IMG/VR virus record: IMGVR_UViG_3300044950_000375
Location: 1 to 64,000 of that record
From: a virus
DNA length: 64,000 bases
Direction: 5' to 3' (one strand)
A program made the translations under genes and the position numbers. The notes beneath the pieces were generated by a model that had not been told where the DNA came from, made no database searches, and saw nothing but the letters and a program-made list of their open reading frames with translations. Shown one piece after another: positions 18,825 to 28,792 of the stretch (position 1 is its first letter; each line of letters starts with the position of its first letter).

Positions 18825-20197
18825 AAGTTATATTTTTTAAATTCATCAACCAGCCAGGGAAATACTGTGGGCCAATGTGTGTTACGTCTGTGATCCATTG
18901 TATTTAAAAAATCAAACAACTCTCGTATTTGTTTTGGCTTGGGCCCACCATGTTTACTTTGTTTTGCTATGCCCACAAGATAGTGTTTGCTGGCAATCTC
19001 TTCTGGCGTTTGGGTGGGTTTTAAACTGATTGCAAGATCAAAGTCTTCACAAAATATATCTCCAAACAAATCAATAAACATGTGATCAGGACTGTTAACA
19101 GAGTTTTGATAGTGATATACTTTTCTTTTAAGATTCCATTGATTTATCTTGTGCAACAAGTCTGGTAATGTCTTTACAGTTAACGGAGTCACAGTGGAAG
19201 AAACAATCAAATTGATCCAAGATTGATCCAGCAAATATTCAAAGTTTCTTTCCCATTCTTGTAAGTTTAAGGGATATCGCACATATTCCTGTGGTGCACC
19301 CCAACAGTCCAGGCTGGCAGTAATTTCAAATTCTCTAATGCTTCCACGGTCAATCAACTTGCGAACTCGTTGCACTATCTTTTGCAGGTATGGCAATCGA
19401 GCATTTAAATTTGTAAACATTTGCAATTTAAGCTCAGGCGCTGGATACTGCTCAAATAATGTAAGGCATTGTTCTAACTCTGGCTGATACAGTGGTTCAC
19501 CGCCCAGGATGTTGAACACTGTGAGTGTATGCCCGTGCAGTTTCAACCATTCAAATAGTTTTTGTTTGTTGCTTTCGATGTTGGTGCTTTTGGCAAATGC
19601 AGGAATACCATGCCGCACATTCTCAGCGTCCCATAAACTGCTAAAATGCGGGCCGCAATAAAGACATTTTAAATTACAAGCGTTGTCAAAATACACTTCT
19701 AGTATTCTGGGAGTAACATGTACTGCCACAGGATTCTGATCCAGTTCAGGTGGTGCATGTATACCGGGAAAATCCAAGTTTGTTATTCTATCACTTTGAC
19801 CACCTGCTGCTTCAATGTCTTGACAGTAGGTGCATCCTTTTGCAGGCCATTTGCCGTCAAGCATTCTCATGCGATCATCTATTTTGGTAGCTGTGTTATG
19901 AAAATCAAAGTCAGAACCAAATTTATGCCCATTGGTTCTATGACAACTGGCAGTTTGATCAGTGGTTAAAAATATTGTACTCCAGGTCCATTTGAGTTGG
20001 CAAGCTGTGTTGCTCACAATGGGAAAACGTTTGTTAATCAATTTGGATTTGTTTTGAAAACTGACCGGAACATATCCAAATTGATTGATACATTCTGATT
20101 GAATTGATTCTGGAAGTTGTGTGAAATTTTCTTCAGACTCGCAATCCGGCCACTGTGGGTCACGTACAGCTGAATAAAACTCTTTCCATGTGCTCAT
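18821..20197 (-). CDS. radical SAM protein (3), extra N-terminal W..FY..VRD..WPDC module
   Basis: CQLKW...SCHR...CTYC; CNLKCLYC; LGGEPL. Confidence 0.9.
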   Translation of the reverse strand: MSTWKEFYSAVRDPQWPDCESEENFTQLPESIQSECINQFGYVPVSFQNKSKLINKRFPIVSNTACQLKWTWSTIFLTTDQTASCHRTNGHKFGSDFDFHNTATKIDDRMRMLDGKWPAKGCTYCQDIEAAGGQSDRITNLDFPGIHAPPELDQNPVAVHVTPRILEVYFDNACNLKCLYCGPHFSSLWDAENVRHGIPAFAKSTNIESNKQKLFEWLKLHGHTLTVFNILGGEPLYQPELEQCLTLFEQYPAPELKLQMFTNLNARLPYLQKIVQRVRKLIDRGSIREFEITASLDCWGAPQEYVRYPLNLQEWERNFEYLLDQSWINLIVSSTVTPLTVKTLPDLLHKINQWNLKRKVYHYQNSVNSPDHMFIDLFGDIFCEDFDLAISLKPTQTPEEIASKHYLVGIAKQSKHGGPKPKQIRELFDFLNTMDHRRNTHWPTVFPWLVDEFKKYNL

Positions 20198-21453
20198 TTT
20201 AATGCTGCTAATTCTGGAATTGTATCCAGGATGTTTTCCGTTCGTATAGCATCAAGTTCGTTTGTTTTGCGCCAGAATGTATCTATTAGGTGTGTGTTGT
20301 CTGTGGCATTCATAAAGGTAATAGCTGATTCAAAACCTTGTGTGGCACGATTTAAAGGGTCCTGCCCGTGAAGCCATTGGATATGACTTTGATACAGTGC
20401 TGTGAGTGAGTGTTTGTATTCAGCTGTGGCAATGTCTATTCTATAGTGTACAGGATCTTGCAGGATATTTACATTTAAATCCTGTGCGCGGATCAGACCT
20501 TTTTCCACCCAGTCACGATGGAAATTGGGCAGGTGCCAGGCATTCATTATGCTCAAGGTAGGTGAAATGTAGAAATCCACTTCAGGGCACACACGCAACA
20601 TATCACGTCTGTTCTGTTCTACTACGGCCCAGTCTGTGCCTTTTCTAATGTATTCGCCACGGCTACCCGATGCGTCTAGACTTGCACCCACTGCCACTGA
20701 TCGAAACTGTTTCCAGTATTCAAATACACTATTGCCTTTTAAATCAGTGTGTGTGAAGTTTGTGTTGTAGATCAGTCGCACATCAAAGCGTTTGCGACGG
20801 ACCAGCTCGTCTAGAATGCGGTAGTGTTCTTCCATCAACAGTGGCTCACCACCGGCAAAGTAGATTTGTTCTACATAATCCAAATGGGGCTCCAGTTGCG
20901 ACCACATGTCTGTTTCCGTGCGGCCAGCATAGTTAAGAACTGTGTTGCGAGCTTTCCAGTCACCGCCTGCTAGTTTCACTTGATCTTGATACCATTGTGA
21001 GCTAAAGATATGCCCACATGATCTACACTTTAAATTGCATAGGTTTGAAAAACGAATATCCCAGTAAGTCATTTCAAATGGATTTTCCGCCAGCTTCTTT
21101 ATGTGATGTCCATGATGTTTGTTGGCTGACTTACGGCCTGAAAAGAATCCTGACTCTTCCTGCTCATAACAGCGTGTGCAGGCGGCGTGTGGCGTTTCGC
21201 TCAACATATCTGCACGTAGTTTCTGCATGGGTGCATCCTGCCATATTTCTGCCAGTGTAGTTGTACGGCAATTGCCCACTATGCCTGGTTTCATTTCAGC
21301 ATGGCAACAGGGATATGCTTCGCCAGTGGGATAGGCGTGTAAATGAATCCAAGGATAGATGCAAAAGGTCTTGGACTCTTTTAATAAGAATTCTTCACGT
21401 TTTGTTAATTCTGTGGGTCTTACTAGATCTGTTGAGTTGTAATTATAGCTCAT
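20194..21453 (-). CDS. radical SAM protein with N-terminal Twitch/SPASM-like module (4)
   Basis: CIYPW...PCC...CTRC; CNLKCRSC; AGGEPL. Confidence 0.9.
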   Translation of the reverse strand: MSYNYNSTDLVRPTELTKREEFLLKESKTFCIYPWIHLHAYPTGEAYPCCHAEMKPGIVGNCRTTTLAEIWQDAPMQKLRADMLSETPHAACTRCYEQEESGFFSGRKSANKHHGHHIKKLAENPFEMTYWDIRFSNLCNLKCRSCGHIFSSQWYQDQVKLAGGDWKARNTVLNYAGRTETDMWSQLEPHLDYVEQIYFAGGEPLLMEEHYRILDELVRRKRFDVRLIYNTNFTHTDLKGNSVFEYWKQFRSVAVGASLDASGSRGEYIRKGTDWAVVEQNRRDMLRVCPEVDFYISPTLSIMNAWHLPNFHRDWVEKGLIRAQDLNVNILQDPVHYRIDIATAEYKHSLTALYQSHIQWLHGQDPLNRATQGFESAITFMNATDNTHLIDTFWRKTNELDAIRTENILDTIPELAALK

Positions 21454-22774
21454 TGTACCATTCTATTAAGTTGGGAAACGCAGTACCAAAGTCTTTATTT
21501 CGTCGTTGATCATATTGTGTATAAAACTGTTTAAAATCATTTAGCAGTTTGGGCATTTCAAATGCGTCTGAATGCGGAGTTTTCACTACATCTAAGTAAT
21601 CAATTAATCTTTGTAGATGATTGATCTCATGTTCGTGTAAGAATTCACTTTGGCTGTTTTGTGTGAGCCAAGTTTCTAATACTGTTTTGTAGTGTGTTTT
21701 TGATGCGTCTGGCAGTATCAGCGGGCTTTGAAATGATGGAAAGCGCAGAATATTTAATGTGAATGACACAGCATCGCGCCCGTATTCTGTTTTCCATTGC
21801 AGTATGCATTCCAGCAATTGATCCAGGCTGTCCAGGCACAGTGCGTTAATGGTACACATCACATGTATGCCGCGGAACTGTCCAGAGTCTAGCAGTCTTT
21901 TGACAGTATTAGCCCAACTGTCCCACTCGAGCCCGTCACGAATGTATTCGGCTTGCAGTCCGACTGCTTCATTTGAAGTGTACAAATCAATTGCCATGCC
22001 TTTTGTGCTTGAGAGCAAACGGTCGATGTCCACTTGTGATCCCAGGTTACTATTGATAGCCAAGCGTGTGCTACTCTTGCCTGAATTTGTTTTAAACCAG
22101 TCAATGAGCCGCCAGGTGTGAGCAGACATGAGGGGTTCTCCTCCGGTGATTCTGAGCTCTTGCAGTGTGCGATGCAGATCCGACTCCCACCACTTAAAAA
22201 ATGCATCAATGTAAGGATTGCTTTCTCCATAATCGTAAAGTTGTGCGTTAGCATGATCATGGGTAAAATGGTTGCGACCATCACTGACCAAGTTCTGGTA
22301 AGCTCCGTTGCGTCGGATGTCTTTAACCCATGTTGAACTGAAAGCTGGATTACAATAGCTACAAGCAAACTGACAAGTGCGATCAAAAGCGATCTCAAGA
22401 GTTCTAAGGTTGACGTCTTCAGTGTATGGTGTATTTCTAGCTTCATTTAGGGCCTCTATGGGATATATCTTTGATTTGTACACACGGTCACTCACAGCAT
22501 CGCGACCCATGTCTTCAATTTTCCAACAGTACTCGCAGCCAGGGGGACGCTCCCCTGCGATCATCTTGCGACGATCTTCTTTCTTTTGATCGGTATTGTG
22601 CAGCAGCCTAGAGTTGATACTGACTTTATCTTTGTCGATCAAATGGGCTGGCGGGTGATGACAACTTGTGGTCTGTCCACTTCCTAACCAAATGGTCGCG
22701 TTGTACCATTTTGCTGCACAAAAACTGGCTGAGAGAGGGTCTAATACTGTGTGTTTGAATTCTAAATCATTCAT
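21443..22774 (-). CDS. radical SAM protein (5)
   Basis: CAAKW...SCHH...CEYC; CQFACSYC; TGGEPL. Confidence 0.9.
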   Translation of the reverse strand: MNDLEFKHTVLDPLSASFCAAKWYNATIWLGSGQTTSCHHPPAHLIDKDKVSINSRLLHNTDQKKEDRRKMIAGERPPGCEYCWKIEDMGRDAVSDRVYKSKIYPIEALNEARNTPYTEDVNLRTLEIAFDRTCQFACSYCNPAFSSTWVKDIRRNGAYQNLVSDGRNHFTHDHANAQLYDYGESNPYIDAFFKWWESDLHRTLQELRITGGEPLMSAHTWRLIDWFKTNSGKSSTRLAINSNLGSQVDIDRLLSSTKGMAIDLYTSNEAVGLQAEYIRDGLEWDSWANTVKRLLDSGQFRGIHVMCTINALCLDSLDQLLECILQWKTEYGRDAVSFTLNILRFPSFQSPLILPDASKTHYKTVLETWLTQNSQSEFLHEHEINHLQRLIDYLDVVKTPHSDAFEMPKLLNDFKQFYTQYDQRRNKDFGTAFPNLIEWYNEL

Positions 22775-23829
22775 TTGTTTGAGTTGATAAATTGAAAGAA
22801 TCTCGCGGGCAACTGGTCCATGTGCTGACGAGCAAACTCTTGAAGATGCTGTTGATTGTATTTACAAATGGATTCCGCTGCCTGGACAAAAGCCCCAAGG
22901 TCTTGACTGCACAGGTCCTGGATAGTGTGGACCATGCGATCCATGCGATCTTGGTTGTTATCTAACTGATCAAATGTTTCATCAATCAAACTGTGAAACG
23001 TTTGGAACCCAAGGTCACGCAGATCACGATAGAATCCGTAATTGGCCACAGCAACAAACGGGTGGCCAATAGCAAGTGGTTTACACATTTTTTCTGAAAA
23101 CAAACTCCACGGATAGTTATAAACAGTTTCTGTAACTACTGAAAAATAAGTGTCAATATATGGCTCAGGTTTAATGTAAATTTCTCCCCATTCGTTATTG
23201 AACAATTGTGCTTTTACATACCCTGATTCCACAGCAGTGCCGTGATATCTATCAACTTCGTAATAGGCAGGCAACAATCGAATTGGCCTTAGATGATCAT
23301 CAAGATTGGTCCACAGAGCACCATCAAGCAGGCCCAATTGCTCCAGCTGATTTAGTATAGCACATCTATGCGGTCGACCGCGACCATTTAGGCACAAAAA
23401 AGAATAGGGTTTTGTGAGTTTGGAAAAGATTTCGGGTGTGCGTTTGCAGGCTTCTTTATTTTCTTCATATCTAAAAGGTTGTGTTAGAAAATGTTCAAAC
23501 AGCATGCAATTGTATTCAGGAGGCATGCGACCACCACCTATCAGTTGAATTTGGCCGCCAAGCACCAGATCTTCAACGCCATATTTTCTTAGGTGCCATA
23601 ATAAAGTTTCTGAACCTTCTGCAGGATTGGCAAATATAATTTGACATTGCTCACACATGCTTCTCACACGATGGCCGTTCAGTCGCAGTTGCTCACGACC
23701 TATCAAATACGTGGCTCCAGGCACCACAGGTAGTTTTTCAAATTCATAATACAATTCGTCAGCGTAAGGGTGCAAAAACTCAGTGAGCTCAGTGCAAGCG
23801 TCAAGATAAAACATTAACGGTGACTCCAA
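22771..23829 (-). CDS. putative glycosyltransferase, GT10/GT-B-like (paralog 4)
   Basis: FLCLNGR.RPHR; FSVVTET...FSEKMCKPLAIGHPF...LRDLGFQTF..IDETFD. Confidence 0.6.
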   Translation of the reverse strand: MESPLMFYLDACTELTEFLHPYADELYYEFEKLPVVPGATYLIGREQLRLNGHRVRSMCEQCQIIFANPAEGSETLLWHLRKYGVEDLVLGGQIQLIGGGRMPPEYNCMLFEHFLTQPFRYEENKEACKRTPEIFSKLTKPYSFLCLNGRGRPHRCAILNQLEQLGLLDGALWTNLDDHLRPIRLLPAYYEVDRYHGTAVESGYVKAQLFNNEWGEIYIKPEPYIDTYFSVVTETVYNYPWSLFSEKMCKPLAIGHPFVAVANYGFYRDLRDLGFQTFHSLIDETFDQLDNNQDRMDRMVHTIQDLCSQDLGAFVQAAESICKYNQQHLQEFARQHMDQLPARFFQFINSNK

Positions 23830-25211
23830 TATTCACATTCTGCCCACCATGACTTCATTTCGGGAAAGGTTTTTAAAAAGTCAGTGCCTCTGCGTCGATC
23901 GTGTTCCTGAAAGAATCTATAAAAGTCTGCCTTGGCTTGGGAATGATCTTTGTCCTGCCCTGCTCGCATCCACGCAATATCTCTATCCAACCGTGCTATT
24001 TCGTAGTCTTTGAATCCGTGGAATGGATCTTCGGGGGTTTCACTCTGTCGTATCATCCAGGCCCACAAGTGTTCCAGCCGGTCGGCATAGGCTTCAGGTA
24101 GGATTTGCAAGCTCTGCCAAGCAGGTTCACGCAGTACAGGTGTGTCAAACCACACACGCTGATAGGTCCGTGAGTATGTGTTACGCAAGCCCAAGATGCC
24201 AGCAAACAAGTTTTCCAAGCTGGTCACTGATAAGTTGTTCATAGTAACAATAAATGTTAAGCTATTGTAACTAGGCACTTCTGTTAGGAATTGATTTACT
24301 CTATCCCATAGCAGGTCAAAATCAAGTCCGTGGCGCATGTATTCTGCTTGTGAGCCCCATCCGTCTAAGCTCACATACTGCATGAAATGTTCGATACGCC
24401 CATCGCATAGTTGTTTCACATAGCCCAGATATTTTTGCCATGACTTTTCATCCACAGAGAAGTTTGATGTAACATTCAAATGCAGTTTGGCAGACGGATT
24501 GGCCAACACATGATCAAACACTCTATATGTGTTTTTATCTAGCAGGGGTTCCCCGCCTGTCATGCGGAAGTGTACAAGCTCGGGATACAGAGTAGGCCAC
24601 CACTCCCAGAATGCTTCTACATAAGGGTTATGCTCTCTAACCGGTATAACCCGGCGATCTCCACCAAAATGCCCAGGATCATTGTGAACACGAGCAGTAG
24701 GGTAGCCGCCCGATCGGTCCACTTCTTGTTGCCAGCTGCTAGAGAATTGCGGACTGCAATAACTGCACATGAGATTACACACATTATTAAAATTAACCTC
24801 AACGTAGCTAGGGATAACGTCATTTTCTTCTCCTGTAGAGTTCTGGATCTGTGCAAAGTCCACAGCGGCCCAGGGCTCGCCTGATCGATAGTGTCTATCA
24901 CTCAGTTTGTTTTCTGCTTCCATGTTCCAGCAGTATTCACACTCTGCGGGCTTTTCGTTCTGTAGCATCATCACACGTTGCGCTTTCTTGTGCGGTGTGT
25001 TGTGCAAGGATCCAGGATTGGCTGCAAGATTTTCCACAGGTATCTTGTGCAGTGGCGGATGGTAACAGGAGTTGTTGAGTCCTGTGGGCAAGTGCAGGCT
25101 GACCTGTTTCCATTTAGCAAGACACAGCGCAGGTCCTAGATTCTCTTTCATCTGTTCAGCAGAGTTTAAGAAACGACTTTTGTTGTCTACTGTTTCGTCG
25201 CCTTTGTTCAT
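23814..25211 (-). CDS. radical SAM protein (6)
   Basis: CLAKW...SCYH...CEYC; CNLMCSYC; TGGEPL. Confidence 0.9.
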   Translation of the reverse strand: MNKGDETVDNKSRFLNSAEQMKENLGPALCLAKWKQVSLHLPTGLNNSCYHPPLHKIPVENLAANPGSLHNTPHKKAQRVMMLQNEKPAECEYCWNMEAENKLSDRHYRSGEPWAAVDFAQIQNSTGEENDVIPSYVEVNFNNVCNLMCSYCSPQFSSSWQQEVDRSGGYPTARVHNDPGHFGGDRRVIPVREHNPYVEAFWEWWPTLYPELVHFRMTGGEPLLDKNTYRVFDHVLANPSAKLHLNVTSNFSVDEKSWQKYLGYVKQLCDGRIEHFMQYVSLDGWGSQAEYMRHGLDFDLLWDRVNQFLTEVPSYNSLTFIVTMNNLSVTSLENLFAGILGLRNTYSRTYQRVWFDTPVLREPAWQSLQILPEAYADRLEHLWAWMIRQSETPEDPFHGFKDYEIARLDRDIAWMRAGQDKDHSQAKADFYRFFQEHDRRRGTDFLKTFPEMKSWWAECEYWSHR

Positions 25212-25759
25212 ATTGTCAATAGTTGTTGTTTGTAAAGATCATCAATTGGTGCCTCAGCACCATAGTTTTCATAGCAATCCCATGCAAAATCAAACCAGAA
25301 ATTTTTAATATCCAATTCTTTGCGCATGATGTCACCAAAGGGTGTGGTATCTGTAGCAATGTCAATTAGTACATCGCAGTCCCAGTCTTGTGTTTTATAG
25401 TAGTCTTGATGCCACACAATCATGTCAAACATATGAGATACTTGTTGTTGTTGACTGCAAGGCTGCCAATGATATTTCATTTCTACTTCCCATTCTCTAC
25501 AAAGACTTGGTTTCAAATCAAATTTAATTTTTCTTATTTCGTGACCTGGCCATAATCGCTTGATGTTGGCAGTGTTTAATGTATGAGTTATTTGTATTGT
25601 ATTAACGTCAAACAATTGAGTTGTAATACAAGTATCCAATGCATATCGTATGGGCATGGAATCATTGTGCATGTGAGCACCACGTTTGCCAAAAAATCGA
25701 TTTTGCAAAAACAATTTGTAACGATGGCCTCCGCTGCCCGGATAAAATCCAACAATCAT
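25208..25759 (-). CDS. hypothetical protein, possible sulfotransferase/P-loop-like fold
   Basis: 183 aa; N-terminal beta-strand plus YPGSGGH loop; ATGA-coupled on both sides. Confidence 0.5.
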   Translation of the reverse strand: MIVGFYPGSGGHRYKLFLQNRFFGKRGAHMHNDSMPIRYALDTCITTQLFDVNTIQITHTLNTANIKRLWPGHEIRKIKFDLKPSLCREWEVEMKYHWQPCSQQQQVSHMFDMIVWHQDYYKTQDWDCDVLIDIATDTTPFGDIMRKELDIKNFWFDFAWDCYENYGAEAPIDDLYKQQLLTI

Positions 25760-26847
25760 AGATTGCCTTTGAGATCACTGTTTAACAGTTTTTGTTGAGA
25801 AATGTCTGCATAAGTTAGTGTGTTGCCGTGATTGTGTGTCCAAGCACTGTGCTCAATCAGTGCTTTATGATTCATTTGGTCTGCTGTGTAAGGCAAAGCA
25901 TATGAACTGGGATTGATTTGTGTCCATTTATTGTAGTATTCAAGGCAGGCTGGTGAATTGGCAATCAACTGTGTTTTTTGTTGCAGTGTATGAAGCTTGA
26001 TTGGTACTCCAGAAACCAGTATGCCCTGATCTTGAAGATCCTGAATAGCTATTCTACAACGAGTATAAAGATCAATATTGCTAGACATAAATTCTTTTTC
26101 TTCATTGGAGAACACATGATCAAAAGGCACCAAGCTCAGCAAAAAGTGCATGCGATTCCAATCAGTCCAGGTAATATCCCAACGATCATGCCAGGTCCGA
26201 CCTGGCATGGGTTTTTGAAAAACTCTTAGGTTCAAAATATACTGCTCAAGATCAGCAAGATCTCTTTCATATTCAAAATAACTGTTGACTTGAAAGTGAC
26301 GGTCTACCCATTCCATGTACTCCTGATACTGATTTAGATATTTTTCAATCATTTCTGCTTGCACAGTTACTGGATTGGATAAAATTTTGTTGTAGATTGT
26401 GTGTTTTTCTTCAAACGAGTAAACGTTTAGTTTTTTAGCTTCCACTGCAATGCACCAACTCATTACATGTTCAAACAAATTCTTTCGACGAGCTGCAATA
26501 ATATAAAAGTTTTCATTGAGGTATTTGTAAAACGCCAGTTGATCGTTTGTGCTGTCTTGACGCTTCTTTAGGTGATAATGTGCCAGACGACTCACAATAT
26601 CGTGATCACAGTTATCAATCATACCAGTTATGGTTTGCAAAGTTTGATGGTAGCCCCAGCCGTCTTGTTTTTTGCCTATAACTGATTGGTTGAACGTTTC
26701 GTTGTGATAACTTACTAGGCCGTTGGTCAACTCATGCAGATTAATTGTTAGTGGATTGTAGTTTTCATTGATGTTTGCATAGATTGTGATCAATCGTTGC
26801 AATAATGTTGACCCCACTCGATCCGGAGTAAGTATTAGAACATTCAT
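25756..26847 (-). CDS. sulfotransferase-like protein (Stf0-type motifs)
   Basis: ILTPDRVGSTLL resembles the 5'-PSB loop; RRKNLFEHVMSW resembles the 3'-PB motif; FEYE. Confidence 0.55.
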   Translation of the reverse strand: MNVLILTPDRVGSTLLQRLITIYANINENYNPLTINLHELTNGLVSYHNETFNQSVIGKKQDGWGYHQTLQTITGMIDNCDHDIVSRLAHYHLKKRQDSTNDQLAFYKYLNENFYIIAARRKNLFEHVMSWCIAVEAKKLNVYSFEEKHTIYNKILSNPVTVQAEMIEKYLNQYQEYMEWVDRHFQVNSYFEYERDLADLEQYILNLRVFQKPMPGRTWHDRWDITWTDWNRMHFLLSLVPFDHVFSNEEKEFMSSNIDLYTRCRIAIQDLQDQGILVSGVPIKLHTLQQKTQLIANSPACLEYYNKWTQINPSSYALPYTADQMNHKALIEHSAWTHNHGNTLTYADISQQKLLNSDLKGNL

Positions 26848-26858
26848 TAAAAATATTT

Positions 26859-27566
26859 ATGTACCTAGATTTTGTTTCTCAAAAGATCAACATTCCATTT
26901 TATGCCAATTTACAGACTGACATCCTGGGCATGGACAGCAAACAGCACTGCTTAAACGCAGAACTATTTAATGCTTGGCCCTTAATAACTTATCAATTCA
27001 ATCAAGTGGGATTTCGCACTCACAGCATTGACAAATTTGATCCTAACGCAGTTTTAGTGCTAGGCGATAGTTTTACGCTTGGCCTAGGGGTCAATAGTGC
27101 TGATCGTTTTTCAGACATCATTGAACAGCGTATAAAACATCAGGTGCTAAACTTCAGTTTAAATGGGGCAAGCAATGATTGGATTGCGCGAAAACTCCAA
27201 CAACTATTGACCGTGTTTCAACCAAGAGCTATTGTTGTACATTATACATTCAGTCATCGCAGAGAACGACCTAATTTGGATTGGTTAGACGACGAGCGCA
27301 CTGAATGTGAACCATTTTATTCATCTCAAGAAAATTTTGATAACTGGGCCGCAAACTTTAACAATATTTGTAGTATGACCAAGCATGTTGCATTAATTCA
27401 TAGCTTTATACCAAACTGGCATGATCACACTGTGAACTATTCTAATTTTGGACTCAATGTACTAACACCACAACATCAAATTGATCATGCTCGTGACGGA
27501 TTTCATTACGGGCCGCTTACACATCAACTGTTGGCTGATAAAATTACCAGCCTTCTTGCTGCCTAA
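26859..27566 (+). CDS. SGNH/GDSL hydrolase or O-acyltransferase-like protein
   Basis: VLGDSFTLG, NFSLNGASND, C-terminal DGFHYG (DxxH). Confidence 0.75.
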   Translation: MYLDFVSQKINIPFYANLQTDILGMDSKQHCLNAELFNAWPLITYQFNQVGFRTHSIDKFDPNAVLVLGDSFTLGLGVNSADRFSDIIEQRIKHQVLNFSLNGASNDWIARKLQQLLTVFQPRAIVVHYTFSHRRERPNLDWLDDERTECEPFYSSQENFDNWAANFNNICSMTKHVALIHSFIPNWHDHTVNYSNFGLNVLTPQHQIDHARDGFHYGPLTHQLLADKITSLLAA

Positions 27567-28476
27567 TAACATCAATCTCGCGGGTCATTATGCCTTGGTT
27601 GTGCCAGTTGGATCTGTAGTGCTTCTTAAAGAACTCGCTTTGTTCTGCTTCCATCACAATCATGGGCAAGCCTAACTGTGTGTTTAAATCCTCTGCCAGT
27701 CGTCCGGCCAACAGTCTAGGTTCTGACGTTTCCACAGTTCGCCACAGTTCAGCTAATGCTTCAAAGTTTTGTACTTGAGTGTGATCCCACTGTGTCAGCA
27801 TGGTCATGTATGTGCCTTGACGTGCGCCGGCAATGGCCCAGTAGCCGTGCTCTGCGTCAGCACCCACGTTGTGCCAAATGGTCAGGTGATCCAAGTTGCG
27901 TTGATGCACACGATCTTGAAACTCTGCTGTGGTGGGTTTGCGTCCACGATCCAAGCACATCTTAACACCTTCACGAAAACCTGCACGCCAAGCATGAAAT
28001 GCTGATCCATTTGGGTAGGTAGTCGAGTAGCAGTTATACATGGGCCAGTATAAGGGATCAAAACAAAATTCTACTTGTGTTTCTGCTGTGCCGTCTGTGG
28101 CTTCGTGTGTACGCATGTTCTGTACAAAATCCTTTGTCCAACTACTGAGGCCGCCGTTGCCATACATCAATCCGTTGATATGGTTACGTGCCCGCCACCG
28201 GAACACAGCACTCTCATATTCTTTGCTAGAAAAAACAAGTGTTTGATTAAAGAACGCCGGATCGGGGAGATTGTCGCCATCGATGAGAATGAATCTATCC
28301 GTACTACTCGCCCGGGCTGCCGCTTTGTGAGCCGCATCGCTCCCCAGAACACCGTCCACCCTTCGAGCCCAAGGCACCATATTCCTAATCTTGATCCAAA
28401 ATTCTTCTCGTTGTGGTTCATCGTATGTCAAGTATATGCAGTCTAAATCTGCTATGTCAATTTGATTCAAGGCCAT
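27544..28476 (-). CDS. putative GT-A fold glycosyltransferase
   Basis: DCIYLTYDEP, RVDGVLGSDAAHKAAA, FILIDGDN (DxD), NGLMYGNGG, AWRAGFREGVKM. Confidence 0.7.
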   Translation of the reverse strand: MALNQIDIADLDCIYLTYDEPQREEFWIKIRNMVPWARRVDGVLGSDAAHKAAARASSTDRFILIDGDNLPDPAFFNQTLVFSSKEYESAVFRWRARNHINGLMYGNGGLSSWTKDFVQNMRTHEATDGTAETQVEFCFDPLYWPMYNCYSTTYPNGSAFHAWRAGFREGVKMCLDRGRKPTTAEFQDRVHQRNLDHLTIWHNVGADAEHGYWAIAGARQGTYMTMLTQWDHTQVQNFEALAELWRTVETSEPRLLAGRLAEDLNTQLGLPMIVMEAEQSEFFKKHYRSNWHNQGIMTREIDVIRQQEGW

Positions 28477-28792
28477 ATGTTTGTTTGCTCCATGGTGTTC
28501 CGTGTTGAGTGACTACAACCGCAACATTTTGCGGGTGGCACTGTGTACCTGTATTGCCGGGCACAAGTTTGTCTGATGTGCGAGTAGTAATGTATTTGAG
28601 CTTGCGGTCTACCACACGCACATTGGCAGGTGCCAGACCAAATGTTTCAGCATCAATGTCGATGTAATTACCTGGCAGGTCCTCCATGCTGTAATAAACT
28701 GGTTTGCCTGCATCATTGTAATACAAACGATAGAATACTGGTAACGGCTCGGGCGCAGAATGTAAAATGTCCCAAAACTCTTCAGGTGTCAT
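28457..28792 (-). CDS. hypothetical protein
   Basis: Likely start MTPEEFW at 28792 (ATGA overlap); YRLYYNDAG motif. Confidence 0.65.
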   Translation of the reverse strand: MTPEEFWDILHSAPEPLPVFYRLYYNDAGKPVYYSMEDLPGNYIDIDAETFGLAPANVRVVDRKLKYITTRTSDKLVPGNTGTQCHPQNVAVVVTQHGTPWSKQTYGLESN

